The position numbers and the translations under genes were made by a program. The notes beneath the pieces were generated by a model that was not told the origin of the DNA, ran no database searches, and saw nothing but the letters and a program-made list of their open reading frames with translations. A DNA stretch of 64,000 nucleotides from Octopus vulgaris (taxonomy: Eukaryota), in contig OX597843.1 in assembly GCA_951406725.2 (NCBI GenBank), positions 18,104,001 to 18,168,000 of the forward strand, written 5' to 3'. Of the stretch, positions 26,601-36,351 are shown piece by piece; the first letter of the stretch is position 1, and each line of letters begins with the position of its first letter.

Positions 26601-29600
26601 ATCAGCTCTCATTCATTAACTTTCTTACACATGTCTGAAAAGTAACCTCATTTTGTCATGGCATCATCTTGCACCTAACATTTTACAACTTGTTACCCTC
26701 CGTGTAAATATATTGTTTTACTTGGGTAAAGGGCCACATCCTTACAAACTGGGATTATTGACCCTTATAATCCAGTAAGGTTCAGATGTTAATCTCACTT
26801 GGCTTCATTTCATTTATGTGACACTCTAATACTTTATAAAATATATCTTAATTAGTGACACTTTTCAATTAGTTGATTTTAATTAGCTTTATTGACAAAT
26901 GTGGTGGTGGTGGTGGAGTGGGGTGTGAGTTGGGTCACACATTCCTTGTAATGTTATTCTTGTATTAACAATGATATCAGAAGAACAGTTTCTGTCAGTG
27001 AAATCCTCCTGCACAGGTGTAACCCTTGTGTTTTCAAGTTTGTTGGAAACTGGGTTTTCATCCAATTGAGCTTCACCACATTGATATAGGGGACATCAAA
27101 AGGGTATGAAATGGTGATTAATGCATAGATGAGGTTTGATAGAGATGTCCTTTATTCTTGAGAACCAGTTCTTTTCTACCATTTCAGATATTTTTCTTTT
27201 GCAATAACGTGTGGATGAACAGTTATATGTAGTGAATGAGGTTTTGTGCAGTGTTTTAGGACACCTGTTATTATTTTCTGTTCCACCTGTGTAGAACTAA
27301 TCATCGCTCACCTGAAAAATAGCTGATTTATTATGGAAAGGGAATGAAATTCAAATATTTCCTGAATCAGCTGACATTCTGATGAACTGTGATGTGGGGC
27401 AGTTAGAATTAAAGATTTCCAGCAGCTCCCTTCAACAAAGGGATCAGGTGTATGTTTATCCTAGTTGGTGTGTCATGATATTGTGCTCTAGGTCTTTGGA
27501 GGACTGACTTGGTTGACATAGGAATTAAGCAGAAAATGAGAAGAATGTTGGAAGTGAGAGGACAATGCCATGCCATTGACTTGGCAGAGATATAAGAAAG
27601 GAAAGACAAAACTAGAAAAGCATTTTCATTAAGTGATGATAATTAAGAGATAATTGTTACGTTGATTGTGTAGAATGTCTTACTAAAGAGAAGAGGCTGA
27701 GGAAGTTTAGTCTGGTGTGGTACCACTGTAGAAAGTATAAAAATGTTGATCCAAGCCATGGTGGTCACCAATTGACCATTGATAATAGGAATACCGCATG
27801 ATAATAAAATATAGATTATTAACAGAGATAAAGAAATTTTACTACAAATTGCAAAATTTGAACATATTTATTTCAGAGAGTCGAAAGCTGAAGGAGAAGG
27901 ATCTTCTGAAAGTGGCCAAGAAGTTAGGGAATAATTGGTGGCAAGTGGGTGAGTATGAAATAACCGAATTGGTTTCTGTAAAGTTTACTTCCACCGGAGC
28001 TATTTTGTTTATCAAAATGTCTGAGAACCGGTTCCATTCCTAATTTCCAATTGAAAGGTTAACTCTAAAGATATTAAAGAGATTGATATTACTGGAATTT
28101 CATAAAATATCCACCAAGGTTAGCACTGTGGTTGGTAATAATGGCTAAATTAGAAGACGCAATAGAGTTAATATTGTCTTATGGAGCTGGAAACTAAAAT
28201 TCATTGTTGTTTAAGAGTAAACAGGTGAGTTAATGGACAATGTCTTTGTTTTACATTTTAAGTCTGTTGCTAAATTATTGTAATGAAGGAAATATTTGCT
28301 GAGTTAACAACCAGAATAAGTTTTCCTTATTCCAGCTGAAGACTTAAAGTTTGGTTCTTTTTGAAATGATTGAAAACATTAATTGTATAAGAAGCCGATG
28401 AATAATCCTATTTATATCAACCTACTGGAAGATGTCCTGCCACAGATCTGGAGATACCTCAATAAAAAGAGGCTTAATAGAGGTCGCTCTGCTCAATCTA
28501 TTCTCCCCAGGCAAAAAGAGAGGATTCTCCTGAGGGAATTTACCGGAAAATGAATATTCACAAGTGAGGCCAAACTGGCAGAGGCTTCTCTCTCTGTGAT
28601 TGATATAATAATAAATGAATAAGCTCCGGAGATGTGATTGAATCCGGAGTTCATTGGAGATTGGTCAAAAGAAATATCACAGATCATTCGATTGTCAGAG
28701 TCCTGTTGGGAAGTTTGTAACGTGATAGATTGCACAGAGAGACACTAATTTCATGACCTGGGTATACTGAGAGAGGGGTTGATTCAATTAATTCAACCTC
28801 ATCCACTAAAGGGTCATATTTGGACTCAAAATAACAGTCCCCGGTTTAGTCAACCAAGTTATGATTGATGTCCCATTTAGAAATTGTCTGGAAAGATTAC
28901 AAATTTATTCATAGGGAATTACATTACTGTCCAAAACAGAGAATGGATTGTGTGAAAACAACCTCCTAAAATTTCCGGGTTTTCTAGTGTGGCAGGCAAG
29001 TTCTATAGCTTTCAAAGAATACCATTGTATTGTTCACATTGTCCATTTTTTTCTTGTGTGATGCCGCTGTCTTTTACTTGGGATCACAGGACTACATCAT
29101 TGACTGTGTCCATTTTAACAGGACAGAGTGTATTTTGAGTGACGTGTTGTAGCTTCTCCACTGTCAAGTGTCCATCTAGTTGACGATCACACTTCACTCG
29201 CATGCAGTGGTCAGTTGAATGTGGTGCAGCATTTTTGCCTCTCCACTGTCCAGTGTTTGTCTAAGTTGAAGAACACACTTTACTCAGATAAAGTGTTTAA
29301 TTGTATGTAGGTGTATTGGCGGAGATGCTGGTCACTCCTGTCTTCTTTCCTGCTAGCTGAAACTCTAAAACCTCTCCGTTATCAATTCTCTCTAAATTGT
29401 GGCATTCAGCCAGTGAAAGAGGTCCTTATTACGAGTCATGAACCCAAAATGGTTAAGCTGGTGTCTTCTAAAATATGTGGTGTGTACCTAACAGTATTAT
29501 ATTTTGTACTTTGTGTAATTAAGACCATTCTGGTGTCATGCTTATTTGTATTTTAATTGGTCCAGGTGTCCGTAGTATGACTGGTATTGCTTGATGGTTC

Positions 29601-29805
29601 AGTCTCCACTTTTTCTAAATGCTGAGACGTTTTTAGTGAGGAAGCCGGCATGTAGGGTTTCTCTTCGCTGTGTTCTGTGGTGCTCGTGTCATGCATAACA
29701 AGTAATGAAGTAAAGACAGGTTTTCAGAATGTATATTACATTGATATTGATAATTTGGAATCACTTGTTATTGGTATGAGGTGAATGCATGAAACGACAG
29801 AATGA

Positions 29806-29842
<37 letters not shown>

Positions 29843-30773
29843 AACGTGGTGGTTTTGTCTGGTGGTGGCCACTATAAAGAGAGCGACATTAGTCTAGCTG
29901 TGTCTGATCACACGAGTTGAGTAACCAGTGGATAGGCGAAAAGTTAAGCCTAAAAGAGAAAGTGCCAGAGAGAGCCAGGCAAAAAGAGAGAATTGTGTGG
30001 TAGATCACTTTTTATAGTCGACTGGTGGTAATTGCAAGACGGATATTCTTTAAGCTGAGCCACTTGACCGGAGACCAAGGAATAGACCAAGAATGAGATT
30101 GTTGGATAATATCTAAAGTCTTAATTGGTGAAGCTTGAGAATCCAACTGGACAGTAAGATGAAAGTAACTTTGAAGGGGGTTCCCTGGCGACTCTACCCC
30201 CCACAACCCTTTTATGAACAGAGGGTAGAGAAAATGGATAGATGGATGAGATAATGTGACTCTTTGGGTGATATTAATTGATTCTTTAGGGTCTCATACG
30301 CTATTACCCACACAACCATTTTCCCTGCCATCTCTTTACCAGAAATTCTCTCAAATGTAATTTTCTCCGTTTTAATCTTCTTTTCCAACAACTTTGTTAC
30401 TTTTTAATCAGAATTCATACAAACAGAGAACAATGTCCTACATTTTCCATATTTCTTGACTATTTTCAAAATTTCTCTCTTGAAGTTTCTTTGTTAGAAC
30501 AACCTACAGGAGACATCTTTTATATTATTGTTGATGTTGTTATAATTATTTCTTCTTTTTGTATCTTTTGCAGGGATTTTCTTAGGAGTTGAAACTTCTG
30601 AACTGGAAATTCACGACGATTCTAAAGACACTGTGAAACAGGGCTACATGGTGTTGCACAAATGGTTTAAAAGTTGTGATCCAGAGAAACAAACACTCAA
30701 AACACTTGGAGATGCCCTCGAGGAAGCTGAGTGCCTTGATGCACTCAAATGTCTGTCATCAGATGTAAAGTGA
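2786..30773 (+). CDS. Spliced gene (8 coding exons, about 393 aa): Mind bomb (MIB1/2)-like ankyrin repeats + degenerate RING-HC + C-terminal death domain
   Basis: Exons 2786-2869 (or 3073-3156), 13027-13178, 16717-16864, 19815-20024, 20828-21003, 24295-24434, 27877-27948 and 30574-30773 are all bounded by AG/GT. Intron phases 0,2,0,0,2,1,1 join into an open 1182-nt frame ending in TGA. Small additional exons may have been missed. Confidence 0.85.
3073..3156 (+). CDS. First coding exon, copy B (MEVDKNISKILLDDIQYIQEYIRNNSQK)
   Basis: Acceptor ttttctag at 3055, ATG at 3073, donor gtaagt at 3157; paralogous to copy A at a 287-bp offset. Confidence 0.7.
3219..3607 (+). mobile_element. tRNA-derived SINE, family A
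   Basis: A box tggccgtgtggtaag, B box ggttcagtccc, internal TA/GT microsatellite, tail gactgaaacaagtaaaag; other copies at 8852, 14241 and 16265. Confidence 0.85.
3613..3894 (-). mobile_element. tRNA-derived SINE, family C (5'-truncated)
   Basis: Reverse complement matches 23677-24010 and 33827-34145. Confidence 0.7.
3949..4458 (-). mobile_element. Non-autonomous Helitron
   Basis: On the - strand it reads A|TCtatatatataaaa...cccgagcaacgccggg (hairpin) ...CTAG|T, inserted between A and T with no TSD. Confidence 0.8.
5470..6525 (+). mobile_element. RTE-type LINE 3' part, degraded
   Basis: ARIRIVWAKFRELLPLL...RRLLWY..GRGRHRKTW, stop codons, (GAT)n tail. Confidence 0.9.
6851..7034. repeat. Foldback inverted repeat (arms about 78 bp)
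   Basis: aatcaaaataagcaacaaggatatccagaggtaatgca... pairs with ...tgcattacctctggatatccttgttgcttattttgatt. Confidence 0.85.
7900..8308. mobile_element. MITE with about 30-bp TIRs
   Basis: ggatcttttccatttgaccggcagtttttt ... aaaaaactgccggtcaaaccgaagagatcc; second copy at the window start. Confidence 0.85.
8330..8513. repeat. Imperfect foldback inverted repeat
   Basis: acaaattgaccaacatcggttgatt / aatcaaccgatgttggtgaatttgt plus outer arms. Confidence 0.75.
8852..9227 (+). mobile_element. tRNA-derived SINE, family A
   Basis: High similarity to 3219-3607. Confidence 0.85.
9310..9733 (+). mobile_element. Short element sharing the RTE-type LINE 3' UTR, with internal subrepeats
   Basis: Ends gcatggaaagcggacgttaaatgatgatgat; repeated caccatccgagcgtgg modules. 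Confidence 0.8.
9770..10465 (-). mobile_element. RTE/BovB-like LINE RT C-terminal fragment, degraded
   Basis: ACKAFGLSISLDKTVVMFQPAP, YSCDTWTLY..H.R.LE.FHQRCLR.IL.I.W and PKQMLYGEL motifs in shifted frames. Confidence 0.88.
10735..11043 (+). mobile_element. RTE 3'-UTR-type short element
   Basis: Same terminal about 170 bp and (GAT)n tail as 9310-9733. Confidence 0.75.
11566..12060 (-). mobile_element. RTE 3'-UTR-type short element with subrepeats
   Basis: (CAT)n followed by gtttaacgtccgctttcc; repeated ccacgttcggatggtg modules. Confidence 0.8.
12110..12431 (+). mobile_element. RTE 3'-UTR-type short element
   Basis: Same family as 11566-12060 in the opposite orientation. Confidence 0.75.
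13027..13178 (+). CDS. Ankyrin exon (INETNSWGLTYLMVASQLGNTDFVNFLIDSGADLEVRDKDADTALHYAVFG)
   Basis: cttcag acceptor, gtaagt donor; ankyrin motifs GADLE..D and TALHYA. Confidence 0.92.
13511..14195 (-). mobile_element. CR1-like LINE 3' fragment (RT C-terminus) with (TTA)n tail
   Basis: ORF 13652-14164: LYIAMVRPHLEFASPVWNPY...LEAVQRRATK...YPERL...FF..R....WN.LP. Confidence 0.9.
14241..14672 (-). mobile_element. tRNA-derived SINE, family A
   Basis: Reverse complement of the 3219/8852 family with a repeated (gagtaaaaga) tail. Confidence 0.85.
14938..15398 (-). mobile_element. Degraded RTE-type LINE 3' end
   Basis: (CAT)n tail and diverged 3' UTR/ORF-end motifs. Confidence 0.6.
16265..16620 (+). 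mobile_element. tRNA-derived SINE, family A (diverged)
   Basis: tggctgtgtggtaagaagcttgcttt head and conserved tail. Confidence 0.75.
16717..16864 (+). CDS. Ankyrin exon (GHCDVVALIVSKGANVNRQDKSGNTPLHYAVEKNYEDVMEIILNTEATQ)
   Basis: ttcag acceptor, gttagt donor; GANVN..D..GNTPLH ankyrin consensus; phase 2 in, phase 0 out. Confidence 0.92.
16906..18349 (+). mobile_element. Full-length dead Tc1 transposon
   Basis: TIRs tactattggccaaaagtttgggaccac / gtggtccaaacttttggccggtagtg with TA flanks; transposase relic from ATG 17333 with RSGRPRVT, GGGS..IWGCF, FQQDNDPK and SLDLSPV..VWDEI, broken by stops and frameshifts. Confidence 0.9.
18440..19100 (-). mobile_element. Fragmented RTE-type LINE pieces
   Basis: 3' tail at 18440-18630; ESLPELEKKFQVWKQGLE motif at about 18960-19090. 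Confidence 0.65.
19150..19412 (+). mobile_element. CR1-like LINE 3' terminus
   Basis: LFN...LRDL....V.VFK.DL..FL...PDEP-like relic followed by the tail ggtgatgctccagcatggcc...aaataaaga. Confidence 0.55.
19815..20024 (+). CDS. Ankyrin exon (SHVEVDIRNSNKTTPLLQAISGGHLGMIRKLLSRGADINAVDNDDNNCLHFAVRKEVFHSEGEALGILDE)
   Basis: Polypyrimidine tract + aag acceptor, gtaagt donor; TPL..A...GH and GADINAVD motifs. Confidence 0.9.
20828..21003 (+). CDS. Last ankyrin exon, Mind bomb-like (CCAMLELGKNARLSGAVIATYLALQGANFYHKNCNNATPLDLVMNPDLKEKFKSLFPS)
   Basis: tttgtag acceptor, gtaagt donor; resembles the last MIB1 ankyrin repeat as recalled ([31 protein letters not shown]); absent from the ORF track. Confidence 0.88.
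21139..22270 (-). mobile_element. RTE-type LINE, RT fragment with internal deletion plus 3' UTR
   Basis: ORF 21645-22334: LSPLLFIIV...LLYADDL, Cys-rich insert, FRYLGD fused directly to LAVEGTCGRGRP. Confidence 0.9.
23349..23641 (+). mobile_element. tRNA-derived SINE, family B
   Basis: Head ggcgcaatggcccagtggttagg...gtttcgattccc; tail gtcggtcatgtgatcacgtga (tail also at about 25900-25940). Confidence 0.8.
23677..24010 (+). mobile_element. tRNA-derived SINE, family C
   Basis: tagtggttggagc A box and gagttcgattcc B box; head repeated at 25965-26075. Confidence 0.8.
24295..24434 (+). CDS. RING-like exon (CLFCEEKVSTLKCQSCGQMVICEECGTEPNSTCLECQQPTTRESGI)
   Basis: ccacag acceptor, gtaaga donor; CxxC...CGQxxxCxxC...CxxC spacing of a MIB/IAP-type C3HC4 RING. 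Confidence 0.88.
27877..27948 (+). CDS. Death domain N-terminal exon (ESRKLKEKDLLKVAKKLGNNWWQV)
   Basis: tttcag acceptor, gtgagt donor, 72 nt, phase 1-1; L..VA..LG..W pattern of death-domain helices 1-2. Confidence 0.87.
28690..29035 (-). mobile_element. Gypsy-type integrase C-terminal relic
   Basis: - strand reads YNGILLKAIELA...IPYE and SKYDPLVDEVELIE, matching Gypsy integrase motifs as recalled. Confidence 0.6.
30574..30773 (+). CDS. Death domain terminal exon (GIFLGVETSELEIHDDSKDTVKQGYMVLHKWFKSCDPEKQTLKTLGDALEEAECLDALKCLSSDVK*)
   Basis: ttttgcag acceptor; LG....L, Q.Y.VL.KW and T...L..AL death-domain pattern; TGA at 30771-30773; absent from the ORF track. Confidence 0.88.
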
Positions 30774-31029
30774 AGCTCTGTGTAAATGTTGTTGTTTAGT
30801 TTGAGGTCAATCTCGACCAAATACAGACCTTTGGTTAAATGCATTCCAGTCATGACCATCCTGTCTTTATCCTTACGGTAGAGGAGCCACACACACATTG
30901 TCCAGCGTATTCTTCTTTAAGGGGATAAGGTATGAATTGTGGTCGATTTGGCTACTACTTCTAGCAGATCTATCACAAAGAAATCCCTTTGCTGGTTCGT
31001 CTCTCCTGTTGTTAGAGATTAACTTTTGA

Positions 31030-31035
31030 AATAAA
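31030..31035 (+). promoter_or_regulatory. Candidate polyadenylation signal AATAAA
   Basis: AATAAA about 257 nt after the stop, followed by a GT-rich (gtt)n tract. Confidence 0.45.
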
Positions 31036-31205
31036 GATAAACTTTGAACTGTTCATTTGTTGTTGTTGTTGCTATTGTTGTATGCCTCAGCACCTCCCTA
31101 AACACTTCTATTGTTCTAAAACAGTTTTAATATCCTCGGTATATTCATAGTTATCTCCCTTTATTTCTAGCTAGAGTATATATATATATATATATGTATA
31201 CATAC

Positions 31206-31283
<78 letters not shown>

Positions 31284-31429
31284 ATATGTATATGTATGTA
31301 TAACAAAGTGAAGTTGTAAGGTACCGCACGAGTGGAAATCTATATACACACATACATATTACACACACACATATATCGATGTCTTTTCTCTTAATATATC
31401 ATACAGAGATAGTATTTCTATATCGTATG

Positions 31430-33536
31430 ATGTAAAGATGACGCTTTAGATACAAATAATTACAGAGGTATCAAGCTGTTGGATCAGGTAATGAAGGTTA
31501 TGGAGAGGGTCATAGCCCAACTAATTAAAGAGAGAGTCAGCTTGGATGAGACGCAGTTTGGTTTCGTGCCAGGGAAAAGCACCACTGATGCCATATTTCT
31601 GGTAAGACAGCTGCAGGAGAAATACCTAGCCAAAGATAAGCCCCTGTACCTGGCTTTCGTTGACATGGAGAAAACCTTTGACAGGGTCCCCCGATCCCTT
31701 ATCTGGTGGTCAATGACGAAACTAGGGATAGATGAATGGTTAGTGAGAGCTGTGCAAGCTATGTACAGGGACACTGTCAGTAAGGTGAGGGTAGGCAACG
31801 AGTAAACTGAAGAATTCAGGGTGGAGGTAGGGGCCCACCAAGGTTTAGTCCTCAGCCCCTCCTATTTATCATAGTTCTCCAGGCAATAACGGAGGAATTC
31901 AAGACAGGATGCCCCCGGGAGCTCCTCTATGCTGATGATCTTGCTCTAATCGCAGAGTCACTATCAGAACTAGAGGCAAAGTTTCAAGTGTGGAGACAAG
32001 GATTAGAATCGAAGGGCCTTAGAGTCAACCTAGCTAAAACCAAAGTCCTAATAAGTAGGAAGGCAAGCAAACCACAAATCCCTTCAGGTAGATGGCCCTA
32101 CTCGATCTGTAGTAAAGGCGTAGGTAGAAACTCTATAAGATGTACCCAATGTAAGCTATGGACACATAAAGGTGCAGTAATATCAAAGGAAGGCTAACTG
32201 GGAAGAAAGTTTTTGTATGTGGCAGATGCTCAGGAGCAATAAATAACACTGAAAATGTGCGCAAAGAACAACTTCCGCCACATTCCAGGGAGGAAAACTA
32301 GAAGTAGTTGATAGCTTCCGTTACCTAGGTGATCAAGTCAGTAGCGGGGGAGGGTGCGCTGAAAGTGTAGCTGCTAGTATAAGAAGAGCTTGTGCAAAGT
32401 TCAGAGAGCTCTTACCTCTGCTGGTGACAAAGGGCCTCTCGCTCAGAGTAAAAGGTAGACAGTATGACGCATGTGTACGAACAGCCATGCTACATGGCAG
32501 GGAAACATGGGCTGTGACTGCTGAGGACATGCGTAAGCTCGCAAGGAAAGAAGCCAGTATGATCCGATGAATGTGTAATGTCAGTGTGCATACTCGACAG
32601 AGTGTAAGTACCTTGAGAGAAAAGTTGGACCTAAGAAGCATCAGATGTGGTGTGCGCTGGTATGGTCATGTAGTGAGAATGGATGAGGATAGTTGTGTGA
32701 AAAAGTGCCACACACTAGCGGTTGAGGGAACCTGTGGAAGAGGTAGATCCAGGAAGACCTGGGATGAAGTGGTGAAGCATGACCTTCAAACTTTGGGTCT
32801 CATCTAGGAAATGACTAGTGACCGAGACTTTTGGAAATATGCCGTGCGTGAGAAGACCCAGCAAGCCAAATGAGACCATAATCTCGTGGCCTATGCCAGG
32901 GGCGTTACCAGCCCACTTATGCATATCTTTTCCTTCTTTGGACACTAAAACTCTGCTTGCGAAGACCTGTTGAGGCAAGTGAAATCAAAATCAAAATCAA
33001 ATTCGATGACTGGCATCCGTGCTAGCGGGTTGCAAAGAGCACCATACGAGTGTGATCATTGATAGAGCGGCTAACCGGCTTCCGTACCAGTGGCACTTAA
33101 AAGGCACCATTCGAGTATGATCGTTACCAGTGTCGCCTTACTGGCACTCGAGCCCCGTGCTAGTAGGGTATTAAGAGCACCATCCGAGCGTGATCATTGC
33201 CAGAGCGGCTATCTGGCCTCCGTGCTGGTGGCACGTGAAAGACACCATTCGAGCGTGATCGTTACCAGCATCGCCTTACTGGCACCTGTGCCAGTGGCAT
33301 GTGTAAAAGATTCAAGCGAAGTCGTTGCCAGTACCGCCTGACTGGCCCCTGTGCCAGTGACATGTAAAAGCACCCACTACACTCTTGGAGTGGTTGGTGT
33401 TAGGAAAGGCATCCAGCTGTAGAAACTCTGCCAGATCAAGATTGAAGCCTGGTGCAGCCATCTGGTTTGCCAGTCCTCAGTCATTTGTCCAACCCATGCT
33501 AGCATGGAAAGCGGACGTTAAATGATGATGATGATG
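31430..33536 (+). mobile_element. 5'-truncated RTE-type LINE (RT + 3' UTR), inactive
   Basis: NYRGIKLL, QFGFVPGKSTTDAIF, AFVDMEK.FD, LLYADDL and RWYGHVVRM motifs; in-frame stops; (GAT)n tail. Confidence 0.93.
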
Positions 33537-33826
33537 TATCTAGGGACATTTCACTTTGTCCTGTTGTGTTTCAGGCTTGGCCATTCCAAAGTGGGGGTCG
33601 TGGCACACAAATTCAGGGCGTTTTGAATGCAATTAAGAATTATTTTCATTTTTTATTCTAGCTTTAGGATTAATATTTACTGATTTCTGCAGTTTTTCCT
33701 GAAAAAAACTTTGGGATTCTACACTTAAAAATAAATCCAAAACTTTAAAATCCAATAATAAAACTGTGCTGAAAACTCCTTTCATATTAAAATAATGACA
33801 CAACATTTGTTTATTTTAATTCCATA

Positions 33827-34145
33827 TGAGGCACATGGTTCAATGGTTAGAGTACCAGGCTTCAAACCATGAGGTAGTGAGTTCGATTCTCAGGCCAGGT
33901 TGTGTGTTGTGTTCTCGACACATTATTTCACTTTGCTCCAGTTCACTCAGATGTAGAAATGAGTTGCAATACCTTTGGTGCCAAGCTGTATTGGCCCCTT
34001 TGCCTTTCCCTTGGGTAACATTGATGGCACAAAGAGGGGCAAGCTAGTATGCTGGCCTTCTATAAACAACCCTGCTCGGACTTGTGCCTAGGAGGGTAAC
34101 TTTCTAGGTGCAATCTCACGGTCATTCACGACAGAAGGGAGTCTC
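33827..34145 (+). mobile_element. tRNA-derived SINE, family C
   Basis: tggttcaatggttagag / gagttcgattctc boxes; body matches 23677-24010. Confidence 0.8.
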
Positions 34146-34799
34146 TAACGTTTGTGGAAAATCCTCTTTCCAAAAAATCTTCAGATGATGGAAATGAACC
34201 CTTTCCATCTACAATACTTCAAACTGCTCAACTTTTATTGCATTTTAATTTGCAATTAAATTCCAAGATTTTTGCATCAAATACTCAGATGAAATTGTAT
34301 GTAAAACCTATGAAACCTCTTAGGACTTCCTTTGGCAATAAAGTTATGTGACAGGAATCTCACTTCTGCAAAATCAAGTGAAACAAGATGGGAAGATTTG
34401 TTATTGTAGTTTTTTTTGTGATAGGAGTGAACAAATCGGTTTCGAGATTAAATCAAAATTATTTAAATTAGACCAAAAATCTTTATCCAAAAATTGATAG
34501 GGAATTACTTTTAAGAATGTTTAGTATTAAACAAATAATTTTGTGTCAAACATTATATAGAATTATTCTAATATCTCAGTGATTTTTAGCTACAATAACT
34601 GGAACTGAAATTATGTTTACACATATATGATGTAAATAAAGATCATTTGATGTCAGTTTTCTATGTCATGTTTGGACTAAAAACACAACAAAATAATAAT
34701 AAATTTGATTTGTCTTCCTGAAAGTTGAATGAAACCATAAGTTACTGTTGATACGAATTTATTGGAATATTTTTTGTTTTAAATTTAATATGTAATAAT

Positions 34800-35190
34800 A
34801 AAATGTTGCCCATAGATAAGTGGTTGAATTTATCAAAGCATGAAACCACAGAAAATATTGATGATAAGGCTGAAGAGAGTCACAAACGTCAAGGAGTGTC
34901 ATGAACTCACAGGTAAGCAATTCTCTGAGTACAACACAGTTTTACATCAAAAGCAGGAAGCTATTGTGGATTTACTTTTACTTTGAACGTATTGAAAAAA
35001 ATACCTGTTTGTTTAATTTGTAACGATTGTTTGGTGTCTTAAAGTGTGAAGCCTACAAAAATTAGAAATATTTTAATTCAAGACATTCCTTCTATTGCAG
35101 GAAGCCAGTAAAATTGTTTTGAAAGGATATTGGAATCTTTTAGTGCTCAGAAGCAATCTCTTGAGAACCTTCTAAATATGAAGGTAATTC
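34800..35190 (+). mobile_element. hAT (Buster/ZBED5-like) N-terminal relic
   Basis: Frameshifted CLICNDCL...KP.K...F.SRH...KPVNCFERIL pattern. Confidence 0.45.
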
Positions 35191-35199
35191 TGAACATGC

Positions 35200-36050
35200 C
35201 TTTGATGCACAGATATACATAGAGTGACAAGCACAACCCCGAATAAAGAGAGAAGGGGGCTTTGTTCTTCAGTGATGCCTGCACACCTCCCTTCTGTCCC
35301 ATCATTGCACTAGAACTGTCACCGGCAAATCCTATAAAATTTTCAAAAGGAATATCATGTAAGGTGAAGAATCTTTCAATAGAGGAAAAATTCCATTAGC
35401 AGAGCAATCCTTGGCTACAATCAATAATATTTTGAGAGTTACAATCATAAAATCGAGCTAACAAAACAAGATGTTTTTCTTTGTAATTACATCAGTAATT
35501 TCATCAACAATTAATGTAAACTTTCACTCTTTGAACTGTTTAATGAGGTTTTCAAAGTAATTAAGGGCCTAAAATATTTCTATATATTTGAGTGGCTTTG
35601 GTTCTTGCACATTTAATATCTTTAGTTATTTTGGAATCATTACATGCCTTCTGAATTAGTCCAGGTACATGATCCATAAGTCTTATTGGTAAGTTATGTT
35701 CTGCAATGAAGGAACCAAGTTTAAGCTCCGCAGCTGCTTCGTTCGGAATATGAGAAGAAGAAGTTGTTGGCTGCAAGAAGTCGGTCAGGTTTCCACTTTC
35801 ATGAATTAACATTTTTAATGTTTATCCGTTTTTTCCGTGCCTCTCCAGATGAGTTACACTGCCTTGAATTTCACAACAACAACATTTGCTGTATGCTCTT
35901 TCGATATTTGTTTTACTTGGTTCTAACCAAGAATCCAATAAAAGTTCGTTCGATAATCTATGATTATATTGCTTAATACTTTTCTTTCAAAAGAACTTAA
36001 ATCAAAGTCGGTTTCATCACTGCGTTTCTCTTTCATATTCTTGTTCATCA
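35200..36050 (-). mobile_element. hAT-family transposase pseudogene
   Basis: AELKLGSFIAEHNLP..LMDH...DSKI.KDIKCARTKAT, FTLIVDEITDV and IGFAGDSSSAMMG motifs, with stops. Confidence 0.82.
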
Positions 36051-36351
36051 TGAGAGGAATAAATCCCTCGTAATTGATAAACATTTTAATGAGATAGCAA
36101 GAAGCACTTGACTGGCATTAGAGGCAGCAAACCGGCGATATTGGACGGTCCCTACAATACACACATTCAACACGTTCTATATCAATTAGCTACCAATTAA
36201 CTGCATCGTTATAAAATATCACAAAATATATTCTGATATAAAATAGTCCAAAAGTATTTTCATGTATTTATTGTTACTTTGTTCACTTACATACACTGAA
36301 AACTTATTTTTTTACATAAAGCAAAAGAATTTGAAAAAAGTGCCAAGTTAT

